A stretch of 36,749 bases of DNA, from positions 1 through 36,749 of the IMG/VR virus record IMGVR_UViG_3300049070_000060; one strand, 5' to 3'. Position 1 is the stretch's first letter. Every line of letters starts with the position of its first letter. The notes below the pieces were generated by a model. The model saw only the letters and a program-made list of their open reading frames with translations, was not told the DNA's origin and ran no database searches. Positions 16,087 to 25,262 of the stretch are shown piece after piece. The translations under genes and the position numbers were made by a program. Source of the stretch: a virus. Taxonomy: Duplodnaviria > Caudoviricetes.

Positions 16087-18132
16087 ATGCCTAAGTGGTT
16101 ACAAATAATTAACAAGGCCGCCGAGAAGGTCACGCAGCTTCTCATTTACGACCAAATCGGGAAGGACTGGTTTTCCAATGATGGCGTTAGCGCCAAGGAG
16201 TTCGCTGAGACCTTGAAGGAAGTCCCCAAGGATCACGAGATCGAAGTTTTCATCAATTCCCCTGGCGGCAATGTGTGGGACGGCCTCGCGATTTACCACC
16301 AATTGCAGGCGCGCAAAGACAAGGTGACTGTCCGCGTGGACGGTATTGCCGCCTCAATCGCCTCTGTTATCGCTCTGGCTGGCAAGGAGCTTCAGATGCC
16401 GGCTAACTCGATGCTGATGGTTCATCAGGCGAGCGGCATCGTTATCGGAACCGCCGAAGATATGTCTGCGATGTCGGAAAAACTGAAGCAGCACGATCAG
16501 CTTATAGCGGACATCTACGCCAAAAAGACCGGCAAGAGCCGCGAAAAAATGATGGCGCTCATGGAGGCTGAAACCTTCATGAATGGCACTGAAGCAAAGC
16601 AACTAGGATTTGCGGACGTTGTGACTGATGAAGTCAAACTCGCCGCTTCGCTCAGTCGTGTGATTGGGCAACTACGACGAACCAAACCCGCCATCCAAAG
16701 TGGCGACAAAACCACCGATAAAAATATGAAAGCCAAACTGATTGCGCTTCTCGCAAAACTGGGCGTGAAGGTGGCGGACGACGCCACTGAGGAACAGCTT
16801 TTCGCTGATCTACAGACCGCCCTCGACAAGAAACCATCGGCCGAAATTATGGCCAGCATTGCCGCAGACGTTTCCGCCGTTCTGGCTGAAGCAAAGGCTG
16901 CCGCAGCGCAGGCGAAGCAGCAGGCCGCACATCCCGACTTTGCCGCCGTTCAGGCCAAGCTTGACGCGATGGAAAAGAAGGCCGAGGCCGAGCGCGTCCG
17001 CCGAATCACGGGCGACGTGAAGGCTCTGCTCGCCGAGCGGACTTACCTGGACGATAAAACGGTCCTGCCGCGCGCCATCGCCGACGAGAAATACGTTGAA
17101 GAGGTTCGCGCCATGCCGATCATCGCCGCAGGCCTCGAGCCCATTCGGGCCGGAGCCATCGACCGCGGAAATTCCTTCATCGAGGACTATCGGAAGATGA
17201 AGCCTGGAAAGGAGCGCAACGATTTCCGTGTTGCGAACCATGAGCAGCTTGTTCAGGCGAATCACCGCTATTCGCTACAGCCCCGCGCCGCGAACACCAT
17301 CGCCTCGGCGCTTCTGCCTGATTACCTGGCTGACGCCCTCGTCGTGGTCGTGTGGAACCGCCTGGCGGCCCTTCGCGCGCATTCCCGAGACTTCGGCGTC
17401 AATCCGTTGGCCCCGAAAGCGACCGTTCAGGTCCGAAAGGCCACGACTGGTTCGGCCGCGCAGACCAACCCGACAAACTTCGAGACTGGCGACAGCACGC
17501 TTGCAGCGATCGCTGTGACCGTGAACCAGATTTCGAAGTCGTTCCAGATCACGAATCAGGAACGGAACAGCGGACACCGCTTGTCGCACCTTGCCCAAAT
17601 CAATGCCCTGCTGTTCGCAGACGCCATCAGCGACGTTGTCACGGCCTTGATGATCGCCGCGAACTTCGGTGCTGCGACAGTGATCGGCGCCGCTGCCGCG
17701 TTTTCAACCTCCGGGTTGCCTGCGATTTTCGCGCTGGCAAAGAATTACATGATTCGAAACTTGATTCTGGACGGCGACTACATCGCTCGCCTGATTCCCG
17801 CCGACAAGTTCAAGTTTGATGTGAACTTTGGCGGCGCGTTCAGCGCCTTCGACGGCCTGTTCATGAACAACAAATGGACCGGTGGCGTTGCGAACCTCGT
17901 CGGCTTTGTTTGCGATCCGCGCGCCATTGCCGTCGCGTCCGGCCTGCCTGAAAGCGGGCCTCCGGGTGAATTCATCAGCCAGGGATCAGCCGTCAGCGAC
18001 GACCTCGGATTGACCGTTCAGACCAATGAATGGTTCTCCCGTGGTGGCCGCGTGAATTGGGCGTCGTTTGACGTCATGTTCGGCGCCGCTGTCGGCGACG
18101 GAACCGCTGCCGAAAACCTCGTGAGCGCGTAA
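16087..18132 (+). CDS. ClpP-like prohead protease - scaffold - major capsid protein fusion
   Basis: INSPGGNVWDG, AASIAS (Ser) and MVHQ (His) protease motifs, Ala/Lys-rich helical middle, capsid-like C-terminal region ending FDVMFGAAVG. ATG 16087 follows the portal stop. Confidence 0.88.
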   Translation: MPKWLQIINKAAEKVTQLLIYDQIGKDWFSNDGVSAKEFAETLKEVPKDHEIEVFINSPGGNVWDGLAIYHQLQARKDKVTVRVDGIAASIASVIALAGKELQMPANSMLMVHQASGIVIGTAEDMSAMSEKLKQHDQLIADIYAKKTGKSREKMMALMEAETFMNGTEAKQLGFADVVTDEVKLAASLSRVIGQLRRTKPAIQSGDKTTDKNMKAKLIALLAKLGVKVADDATEEQLFADLQTALDKKPSAEIMASIAADVSAVLAEAKAAAAQAKQQAAHPDFAAVQAKLDAMEKKAEAERVRRITGDVKALLAERTYLDDKTVLPRAIADEKYVEEVRAMPIIAAGLEPIRAGAIDRGNSFIEDYRKMKPGKERNDFRVANHEQLVQANHRYSLQPRAANTIASALLPDYLADALVVVVWNRLAALRAHSRDFGVNPLAPKATVQVRKATTGSAAQTNPTNFETGDSTLAAIAVTVNQISKSFQITNQERNSGHRLSHLAQINALLFADAISDVVTALMIAANFGAATVIGAAAAFSTSGLPAIFALAKNYMIRNLILDGDYIARLIPADKFKFDVNFGGAFSAFDGLFMNNKWTGGVANLVGFVCDPRAIAVASGLPESGPPGEFISQGSAVSDDLGLTVQTNEWFSRGGRVNWASFDVMFGAAVGDGTAAENLVSA

Positions 18133-18138
18133 GCGATT

Positions 18139-18492
18139 ATGAAAATCACGCTGGGTAAAAATTCAAAGGGGGAGTGGACTATTATCCATTCCCCCGACGC
18201 TCCGGTGTCAGACCATTTACAGGCGTTCGAAGAGGCCAACCTGAAGGCGCTTCCAAAGGGCGTCGTCGAGGTTTGGCAGGGTGACATAGAACGCTATCGG
18301 CACACCGTTGGGCCAAAGGGCGGGCTTTTGGAGCAAGAGGCCGCCAAGAAACGCGCCGAAGAGAAGGCCAAGATTCAGAATCGGCTCGACGAAGAGAACG
18401 CCGCCCGATTGGCGAGAGTGAATCCCGAGGCTGCCGCTGCTGAAATCGACCGCCTGAAGGGTAAGAAGCCTGCCGAACCCGCGAAGAAATGA
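18139..18492 (+). CDS. Hypothetical head-region protein
   Basis: Directly after the capsid gene; charged helical C-terminus. Confidence 0.65.
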   Translation: MKITLGKNSKGEWTIIHSPDAPVSDHLQAFEEANLKALPKGVVEVWQGDIERYRHTVGPKGGLLEQEAAKKRAEEKAKIQNRLDEENAARLARVNPEAAAAEIDRLKGKKPAEPAKK

Positions 18493-19139
18493 CCCAGGCG
18501 CAGGCAATCCTCGATCAAGGTTTTGCGGCTCACCTTGCCGTTCATGGTGAGCCCGCAACCTTTACGCCGTCGGGCGGACAGCCTGCGACCATCGACGTCA
18601 TCTTCGACGAGCCTTCGGACATTGTCAACGAATACGGCAGCATAATCACCACGAAGCCCAAGGCGCGGACGTGGTCGGCCTCCGCCCCGATCCCGACCGC
18701 GACCCATGGTACGCTTTACCTTATCGACCGCGGCGAAACGTTCCACATTCAGCGAGCCGAGCCCGACGGCTTGGGTGTAACGATGATGTCTCTTACGCCG
18801 GAAACTCAGGCGCCATTACCGCCGAACGGTCTCTGCGTTCAACTGAATCTCGGCGCCGCGGAACTCGTATGGACTCGGCGCGCGACCAACAATTCAGCCG
18901 TCGAGGTCTGGTCCGATCCTGACGGCGATGGACTATTCGAATTACTGGCCACGTTGGCAGCCGGGGTGACGACCTACAGCGACCCCACGCCCGCGCGCGC
19001 GTATAAGGTTCGGAACACGAACAAGAGCGGAAATAGTCCATTCACTTACACATTCAACATGACGCAAATGGTCCTCGTCGATGAATTCGGTTCGCCGATC
19101 CTTGACGAATCAGGCCACCCAATACTTGCCACGCCATGA
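18489..19139 (+). CDS. Head-tail joining protein (gpFII-like) fused to an FN3-like domain and a C-terminal LxDExG repeat
   Basis: GEPATFTP...FHIQRAEPDGLGVTMMSL; PPNGL...LVW...YKVRNTNKSGNSPF FN3 pattern; LVDEFGSPILDESGHPIL. Confidence 0.7.
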   Translation: MTQAQAILDQGFAAHLAVHGEPATFTPSGGQPATIDVIFDEPSDIVNEYGSIITTKPKARTWSASAPIPTATHGTLYLIDRGETFHIQRAEPDGLGVTMMSLTPETQAPLPPNGLCVQLNLGAAELVWTRRATNNSAVEVWSDPDGDGLFELLATLAAGVTTYSDPTPARAYKVRNTNKSGNSPFTYTFNMTQMVLVDEFGSPILDESGHPILATP

Positions 19140-20545
19140 GAACGATTCTTTTTATGATTCTCAGTCTGGCCGCCTCGTGGGGCGCGAGCGTGACCAATCC
19201 GCCGGCCAGCATGGGGAACTATCCGCCGGCGGCTTTCACGTCCTCGAATGCGGTGCTTGGCGTAACTCAGGTCGGCTCCAATTTCCAGACCAGGCTTTTT
19301 TCCTTCGGTGTCGCAATCACAAACACTGGGCTCCATTCCGTGGTGGCTGGGGGTGGAACAAATCGCATTGAAAGTCCATGGAGCGTTATCGGCGGTGGGC
19401 GCAATAACCTTGGCTATGGTCCCGCCGACAGCAATGCCGTTTGGGTAATCGCGGGGGGAGAAGACAATACTATTGCCCTTGGCAACAACAAGCATGCCGT
19501 CATAAGTGGCGGGCAGCTCAACCTTTTGGTGAACTCACGTTACGGCACGATCTCCGGCGGATGGGTGAATAAATTGGGAAGCGAGTCGCATCTGATTGCG
19601 AGCAATGCGGTTATTGGTGGAGGATACAGCAATACGAACGAGGGCTTTGCGGCTTTCCTTGGAGGTGGATATAAAAACAGGCTTTACGACTTAGGAGCGA
19701 ATGACGTTTCCGGGAATGTCCTGGTTGGCGGCGGGAACAATTACGCCAAGGGGTTCTATGTGTTTCTGGGCGGTGGCATTGGAAACGTCATCACGAACAA
19801 CCAAGGAGACACACCATCCTATAGCGCAATCGTTTGCGGTCAGAACAACTACATGGCCGGGACGGTCAACTTCATCGGGACGGGGAACGGGAATGTTATC
19901 ACGAACGGCACGGGTGGGTGTTTTATTGGCAACGGTGCGGCGACATTTGTCAATGCGTCGCGGGGCGGGGTGGTGGTGGGAAACGGCCATCAGATACTTG
20001 GGGACGATTCCTTTATTGGCGGTGGGACTTTAAATCAGGTGGGTCTTGGCGCGGAGCACGGCCAAATTATTGGTGGAATCAGGAATCGGGTCGACGATTT
20101 CGCAACCTTCGCCGGCATCGCTGGAAACCACGTCACGAACACCACTCCATCATCGTTCGAAATCGGCCAAAACAATTCAGCTAAGACGCGTTTTGACGCA
20201 AACGGATTTCGCACTCTCGGCGCCATGGCCGCAGCGGAAACCGCAGTAACGCTCACGGCGGACAATCAGAGCGTGAGCACATCGGCGCGCAGTTACATCC
20301 GATTGCAGAGCGACAACGGGACCGCCGGAAACCGAACTTTCGTTCTAACGCAGGGGAGCTATACGGGCCAACTGCTTGCAATCGAATGGGTTGGAACGAA
20401 CGCCGGTGAACTTGTTGACGATTCAGCCCAATCCGTCGCGGGCAACCATCGGCTTTTGGCGACGTGGACGCCTACGCAATACGACACCCTTTCTTTGATT
20501 TTTAATGGAACCGATTGGATAGAGCGGGGCAGGAGCGCGAATTGA
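19136..20545 (+). CDS. Fibre/adhesin-like protein with Gly-rich (I/L)xGGxxN beta-roll repeats and a signal peptide
   Basis: MRTILFMILSLAASWGA leader; repeated VIGGGxxN / ISGGxxN units. Confidence 0.75.
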   Translation: MRTILFMILSLAASWGASVTNPPASMGNYPPAAFTSSNAVLGVTQVGSNFQTRLFSFGVAITNTGLHSVVAGGGTNRIESPWSVIGGGRNNLGYGPADSNAVWVIAGGEDNTIALGNNKHAVISGGQLNLLVNSRYGTISGGWVNKLGSESHLIASNAVIGGGYSNTNEGFAAFLGGGYKNRLYDLGANDVSGNVLVGGGNNYAKGFYVFLGGGIGNVITNNQGDTPSYSAIVCGQNNYMAGTVNFIGTGNGNVITNGTGGCFIGNGAATFVNASRGGVVVGNGHQILGDDSFIGGGTLNQVGLGAEHGQIIGGIRNRVDDFATFAGIAGNHVTNTTPSSFEIGQNNSAKTRFDANGFRTLGAMAAAETAVTLTADNQSVSTSARSYIRLQSDNGTAGNRTFVLTQGSYTGQLLAIEWVGTNAGELVDDSAQSVAGNHRLLATWTPTQYDTLSLIFNGTDWIERGRSAN

Positions 20546-20549
20546 TGAT

Positions 20550-21056
20550 ATGGCAGACACCATACGCCAGAAAATCGTTGACGCGCTGCTTGCCAGGCTC
20601 GCGACGATCAGGACTGCCGCCGGCTTCGAAACGAACATTGGCCGTTCGCTTTTCGAGTGGCGCGACTTGGAGGCCTCGCCCTTCGCGCCAGACGTTGAGC
20701 TCATCGCCGAATCAGACCTTTCGGCGCTCAACATCAAAGACAAGGCAGAGCCAGCAATCGACGCACTCGTGCAGGGCAGGCACGAGAAAGACCTTCAGTT
20801 CGAACTTGAAATTGGGACTAACAAAAAGACTGAGACTACCTCTGTCGCTTACTGGCTTCGAAAGATCATCGGCGACGTTGAAAAGTGTCTCGCCAATCAC
20901 ACTGCATGGATAACAACCGTCCACGTCCACAGCGTATCCGCCATCTCGGTCAACGAGATGGCTGTCATTCAGACTGGCGACGTGCTCGGTCAGGCGAAAC
21001 TCGAATTCTCAATCCGTTACTCGAACCGTCGATTTGACCCTTATACGACAGCATGA
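20550..21056 (+). CDS. Tail terminator-like protein
   Basis: IRQKIVDALLARLATIRTAAGFETNIG N-terminus and FSIRY...DP C-terminus; upstream of the tube gene. Confidence 0.65.
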   Translation: MADTIRQKIVDALLARLATIRTAAGFETNIGRSLFEWRDLEASPFAPDVELIAESDLSALNIKDKAEPAIDALVQGRHEKDLQFELEIGTNKKTETTSVAYWLRKIIGDVEKCLANHTAWITTVHVHSVSAISVNEMAVIQTGDVLGQAKLEFSIRYSNRRFDPYTTA

Positions 21057-21226
21057 AAATCACTTACAATGGCAGTCTGGCGGAAGGCAAGATTTTGGAC
21101 CCATCGACCGGCGCCAGTTACAATTTCAAACGCGGTGAGGCCATCGAAGTCCCCGAAGCATTGGGCAAGATGACCCTGGTGAATCCCGATTGGAAAGAGA
21201 GCGGATCAAAGGAGAAAGGAAAGTAA
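21053..21226 (+). CDS. Small tail-region protein (57 aa)
   Basis: MKITYNGSLAEGKILDPSTGASYNFKRGEAIEVPEALG...; ATGA overlap. Not in the ORF track. Confidence 0.65.
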   Translation: MKITYNGSLAEGKILDPSTGASYNFKRGEAIEVPEALGKMTLVNPDWKESGSKEKGK

Positions 21227-21229
21227 TTT

Positions 21230-22201
21230 ATGGCCCAAGGCTACGGATACAACCTATACGCCGGGTTCGGCGAGGAAGTCACATTTGGAACAGGGGTCGC
21301 GGGAACGCGCTGGTTCGAAATCATTTCCGAGAACATCAAGTGCAAGGCTCGCCCTCGGCTGCCCGCGAAGGCCTTGGGATCACTCAGCGCAAAGCGAACG
21401 ATCCGCGGCAAGACCGAAGGTGGCGGCTCGTTCCAGGCGGAAATGAGCTGGAACGGGTTCGAGCGGCTTTTTAAGCACAATTTCGGAGCGTCGTCGGTGG
21501 CGACGATTGGCGCGAATCCTTACACGCACACTTTCACGCTCAAGGCCGCGCTCGATACCGGACTGACGCTGCTCATTAACCGCGACGCCGTGGGTATCGG
21601 CGGCAGCGCAATGTTTCAATACCTTGGCGCCCACATTGCCAAGCTCAAGATTTCACAGCAGGAAAACGAACCGCTGATTATCGAGCCGACTTTCATTCTG
21701 CGCGACGTGGCCAACGTTGCCGTTCAGGCGCCGACCTATCCGACATGGGATCCAATCGAATACGGCTACATGACGATTGCCCGCATCGACCCCGACGGCG
21801 GCGCGACTGACATCAAGATCATTTCATTCAGTCTGGAAATCGACAACAAGCTCGAGGCCAAGCAATACCTGACGAGCCATCTTTCGCAGGGAGTCCATCG
21901 CGTTGACCGCCGATCGGTCATGTGGGAAGCCGAAATTGAGTTCGAAAATCTCACGGTCTACAACGCTTACAAGAATCAGGACGAACACGATTTCCGGTTC
22001 AAGTGGATGAAGGACAGCGGCATTGACACCGTGAACACGCTGCAAATCGACATGCCGAAATCCTACCTTGAAGAGGGCGAACCCGAAGTGAGCGCGGCCG
22101 GCCCCATCCGAATCTCACTCAAGGGAGTTGCGCAAATGAGCGCCGCCGACAATGACGAACTTGTCATCGTTCTGAAAAACACGACAGCAGGACCAATCTA
22201 A
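21230..22201 (+). CDS. Tail tube (major tail) protein
   Basis: GEEVTFGT, YTHTFT, SFSLEIDNKL, GPI and VLKN motifs; position in the tail operon. Confidence 0.82.
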   Translation: MAQGYGYNLYAGFGEEVTFGTGVAGTRWFEIISENIKCKARPRLPAKALGSLSAKRTIRGKTEGGGSFQAEMSWNGFERLFKHNFGASSVATIGANPYTHTFTLKAALDTGLTLLINRDAVGIGGSAMFQYLGAHIAKLKISQQENEPLIIEPTFILRDVANVAVQAPTYPTWDPIEYGYMTIARIDPDGGATDIKIISFSLEIDNKLEAKQYLTSHLSQGVHRVDRRSVMWEAEIEFENLTVYNAYKNQDEHDFRFKWMKDSGIDTVNTLQIDMPKSYLEEGEPEVSAAGPIRISLKGVAQMSAADNDELVIVLKNTTAGPI

Positions 22202-22444
22202 ATGACTGTTGAACCAACCATTCCGCTGGGAACCATACTTCACGCCCTTGTGATAATCGCCGCCATGGCGGTTGGATGGGGGAGCCTTCGGGCGCAACTG
22301 AAGGAAATCACGCGCCGCTTGGGTTGCGCTGAAGAGGTCGTGGACGAGAACACCAAGGCGGGACAGAGCATTTCCGAGCGCCTGCGAAGCGTTGAGAAGG
22401 ACGTTGAATGGATCAAGGGCGAACTAAATGACGGACGAAAATGA
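22202..22444 (+). CDS. Single-TM coiled-coil membrane protein (lysis-cassette-like)
   Basis: N-terminal hydrophobic helix then heptads ending RLRSVEKDVEWIK. Confidence 0.6.
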   Translation: MTVEPTIPLGTILHALVIIAAMAVGWGSLRAQLKEITRRLGCAEEVVDENTKAGQSISERLRSVEKDVEWIKGELNDGRK

Positions 22445-22683
22445 GCGAAGACACCAGTTTTATTTCGAAGCCCAATGGGTCGTCCATCTTCGGCGTTAGC
22501 GTGCGGGGTTGGCTGGCATTGTTGCTAACCGCGACCGTTTGCGCCATTTGCACGGCTCAAGGCGTATTCATTTCCCTTGGTTGGACATCAACGACAATCA
22601 CCATTCCTGAGCCTCTTTACTCAGGGTTCATGACGGCCCTCGGATTCTACCTGGGGCAAGGGCTTAACAAGAAAACAGGCTAA
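22441..22683 (+). CDS. Holin-like two-TM protein
   Basis: SVRGWLALLLTATVCAIC and FMTALGFYLGQ segments, basic C-terminus. Confidence 0.6.
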   Translation: MSEDTSFISKPNGSSIFGVSVRGWLALLLTATVCAICTAQGVFISLGWTSTTITIPEPLYSGFMTALGFYLGQGLNKKTG

Positions 22684-22722
22684 AGTTTATCCCGGTCAGC
22701 AAATCAAAAAATGAAAGGACAT

Positions 22723-22956
22723 ATGAAATACCGACAAATGACCCTCCTGCTCGCCATTGGCCTGCTGCTGGTCGGCTGCTCGACCATGCGCCAAATCGCC
22801 GACACTGGTCGGAAGATTGCGGACACCATCGCGGACAATAAAGACGTGGTGTTCGATACCATCGACGGCGCAATCGGCGTCGGCGAAACCATCAAGACGA
22901 ACGTCACGAGCGTCTTCAAAGGCAGTGGCACGAACACTGTCGCGGCTGCCAAATGA
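22723..22956 (+). CDS. Small lipoprotein
   Basis: MKYRQMTLLLAIGLLLVG|C lipobox; aagga upstream. Confidence 0.7.
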   Translation: MKYRQMTLLLAIGLLLVGCSTMRQIADTGRKIADTIADNKDVVFDTIDGAIGVGETIKTNVTSVFKGSGTNTVAAAK

Positions 22957-23426
22957 AATACCGCGACCGCACTCGTAAGACGGTCACCCTGCCCTCCGGC
23001 GCGGTGGCCGTTGTCGTAAGGCTGGCGCCGATTCATTTCATTGAGTTGGGCGACATCCCGATTGCCAGCCTAGGAGAAGACAGAAAAGACCCACGGGAAA
23101 AGACTGCCAGGTCTGTCGCACCGAACATCAAGTTTCAAAACTTGGTTATCAAAAACTGCGTGCTGTCGTTCGAGTATCAGGGCGAGAAATTCAAGCTGGT
23201 CGATAAGCCCATCGGATCAGAAGAAGACGGTGAGCTTTCCATTCACGAACTCGAACCTGCCGACGTTGAGGCAATTCAACGTGCGGTCTCATCGTTCGAC
23301 GAGGGGAGGTTGCCCGAAAGGGCGAATACCTTTCCTGAAGGCTCGGAACCAGGTCGCACGACTCCACTTAATGGGGAAGGCTTACGGCATCCTGCCGACG
23401 CGGTTGATGTCGCTCCCGTGGGTTGA
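22953..23426 (+). CDS. Tail assembly chaperone (G-like)
   Basis: KTVTLPSG N-terminus; position between tube and tape measure. Confidence 0.7.
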   Translation: MKYRDRTRKTVTLPSGAVAVVVRLAPIHFIELGDIPIASLGEDRKDPREKTARSVAPNIKFQNLVIKNCVLSFEYQGEKFKLVDKPIGSEEDGELSIHELEPADVEAIQRAVSSFDEGRLPERANTFPEGSEPGRTTPLNGEGLRHPADAVDVAPVG

Positions 23427-23526
23427 GTATTCGCTGGTCTGCCGAATCTTTGACATCGGTTGCGAGGAAGAACACAAGGCGCAAGAGCGGTCCATTGAAC
23501 GGATAAAAAGCAAAGCAAAACACTGA
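23332..23526 (+). CDS. Frameshift extension of the tail chaperone (T-like segment, +1 frame)
   Basis: FLKARNQVARLHLMGKAYGILPTRLM...; stop overlaps the tape measure ATG; ACC TTT CCT at 23328-23336. Confidence 0.6.
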   Translation, partial: FLKARNQVARLHLMGKAYGILPTRLMSLPWVEYSLVCRIFDIGCEEEHKAQERSIERIKSKAKH

Positions 23527-25262
23527 TGGCCAACCAGGTCGAAATCATTCTGAAGGGCACGGACCTCACGGGTCCGGCCTTCACGTCGTCGATCAGGCGC
23601 ATGCGCGACGTCGGCCGCGCGGCTGCCGATATGTTCGGCGTGTTCGCCACCGGGGCAGCTATCGGCGCCGTGGGTTCTCTGGCCGCCCTCACAGCGCGTT
23701 CGATTCAGGCCGCCGACGAAATGGGCAAGCTCGCGCAAAAAGCTGGCCTGCCTGTCGAGCAATTCTCGCAACTGGCATTCGCCGCAAAACAAGCCGACGT
23801 TTCAAGCGAGGCACTCACCAAAGGATTCAAAGCCCTTGGTGAAGAAATGGTGCGACAGGGCCGCGGTGGTGAATCCCTGCTGCAACAGATTCTTGCCCAG
23901 GCCGATGTCTTCGCCAAGATGGAGGACGGCGCGGAGAAGACGACTCGCGCGGTGCAACTGTTCGGCAAGACCGGCCAAGACCTGATTCCCCTTCTGAATG
24001 AAGGCTCGGCCGCGATCCGCCGGCAAATGGAAGAGGCGGACAAGCTCGGCCAAACGATTTCCAGCGACTTTGCAAAGAATGCGGACGAGTTCGGCGACAA
24101 CCTGAACAAGATCAAAGCGTCGTTTACAGGCCTCGGAAACGAGGTCGCAAAGGTCGTCCTCCCGGCGCTGACCAGCTTCACAAATTCAATCGCGGAATGG
24201 ATCAAAGAAGGCCCGACGCTGATCGGCACGGCCGATGCCATCGGCCAGAAGTGGAAATGGTATAAGGGCCTGATCGATGACCTTACGGTGTCGATGCTTC
24301 AGCTCAACGCCATTTCCGAGACATGGATTTTCGGCGGCAAGGGCGCAGTCGGTGACATTGGCAAGAAGGTCCGCAGCGGTCTGGCCACAGAACGAACCGG
24401 CGGGATTACGCCGACCGATCTGCCGGGGGTTCGCGTTATTGGCCTCGATGGCTCAGGCGAAATGCAGGGGCCACCGATACCGCCCGCCGGTTCAACCTCA
24501 GCTATTAATCCTGGCGCCGTCGCGGCCGACCGAATCAAAACGATTGAGGCATGGGGCGCAGTTCACGCGAACACGCTGGCAAAGGCCTTGCAGATCGAGC
24601 AGGAATTTGAACTTGAAAAGCTGAACGGCAGCCAACGCGAGCGCGCCAGGATCGATGCTGATTTCCAAAACAAGATTGCGAAAATCCAGGAACTTGCCCT
24701 GACTGAAGAGGTAGCCCTAGAGATGTCATTGAGGGCTCAGGAAGCCTACCACGAGCAATTAAGGCGCTTTCAGCTTCAGACATTCGCCAACAACGTGGAC
24801 ACCGCCGCCCGTGGGTTCGGTGCGCTGGCTAATTTGGCGGGCGCATTCGGCCGAAAACAGTTCAAGCTTATGCAGGGCTTGCGAATCGGTGAAGCGATCA
24901 TGCACGGAGCCGCGGGCATCATCCGAGTTTGGGCCGATCCCGGTTACCCTGCCGCGATTGCGCTTACTGCAATCATCGCCGCCGAAACCGCTGCCCAGGT
25001 CGCCACAATAGGTGCACAGAAGCCACCAGCGGCCCATGGTGGCCTTGATTTCGTGCCCGCCGAGACAACCTACCTGCTCGACCGCGGCGAGCGCGTCCTC
25101 AGCCCTCGCCAGAACAAAGATTTCACCGAGGCTATCGAATCTGGCGGCATGGGTGGCCCCATCCGTGTAATCGTGAATCTCAACGGCCAGCCGATCCTTG
25201 ACGAAGTATCACGGGCCAGTCGCGACGGCCGTATTGAAATCCACGCGAGGGCGGTCAGATGA
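23526..25262 (+). CDS. Tape measure protein
   Basis: ADEMGKLAQKAG, AVQLFGKTGQDLIPLLNEG, C-terminal AHGG...LLDRGERVL; Ala-rich helical. Confidence 0.9.
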   Translation: MANQVEIILKGTDLTGPAFTSSIRRMRDVGRAAADMFGVFATGAAIGAVGSLAALTARSIQAADEMGKLAQKAGLPVEQFSQLAFAAKQADVSSEALTKGFKALGEEMVRQGRGGESLLQQILAQADVFAKMEDGAEKTTRAVQLFGKTGQDLIPLLNEGSAAIRRQMEEADKLGQTISSDFAKNADEFGDNLNKIKASFTGLGNEVAKVVLPALTSFTNSIAEWIKEGPTLIGTADAIGQKWKWYKGLIDDLTVSMLQLNAISETWIFGGKGAVGDIGKKVRSGLATERTGGITPTDLPGVRVIGLDGSGEMQGPPIPPAGSTSAINPGAVAADRIKTIEAWGAVHANTLAKALQIEQEFELEKLNGSQRERARIDADFQNKIAKIQELALTEEVALEMSLRAQEAYHEQLRRFQLQTFANNVDTAARGFGALANLAGAFGRKQFKLMQGLRIGEAIMHGAAGIIRVWADPGYPAAIALTAIIAAETAAQVATIGAQKPPAAHGGLDFVPAETTYLLDRGERVLSPRQNKDFTEAIESGGMGGPIRVIVNLNGQPILDEVSRASRDGRIEIHARAVR

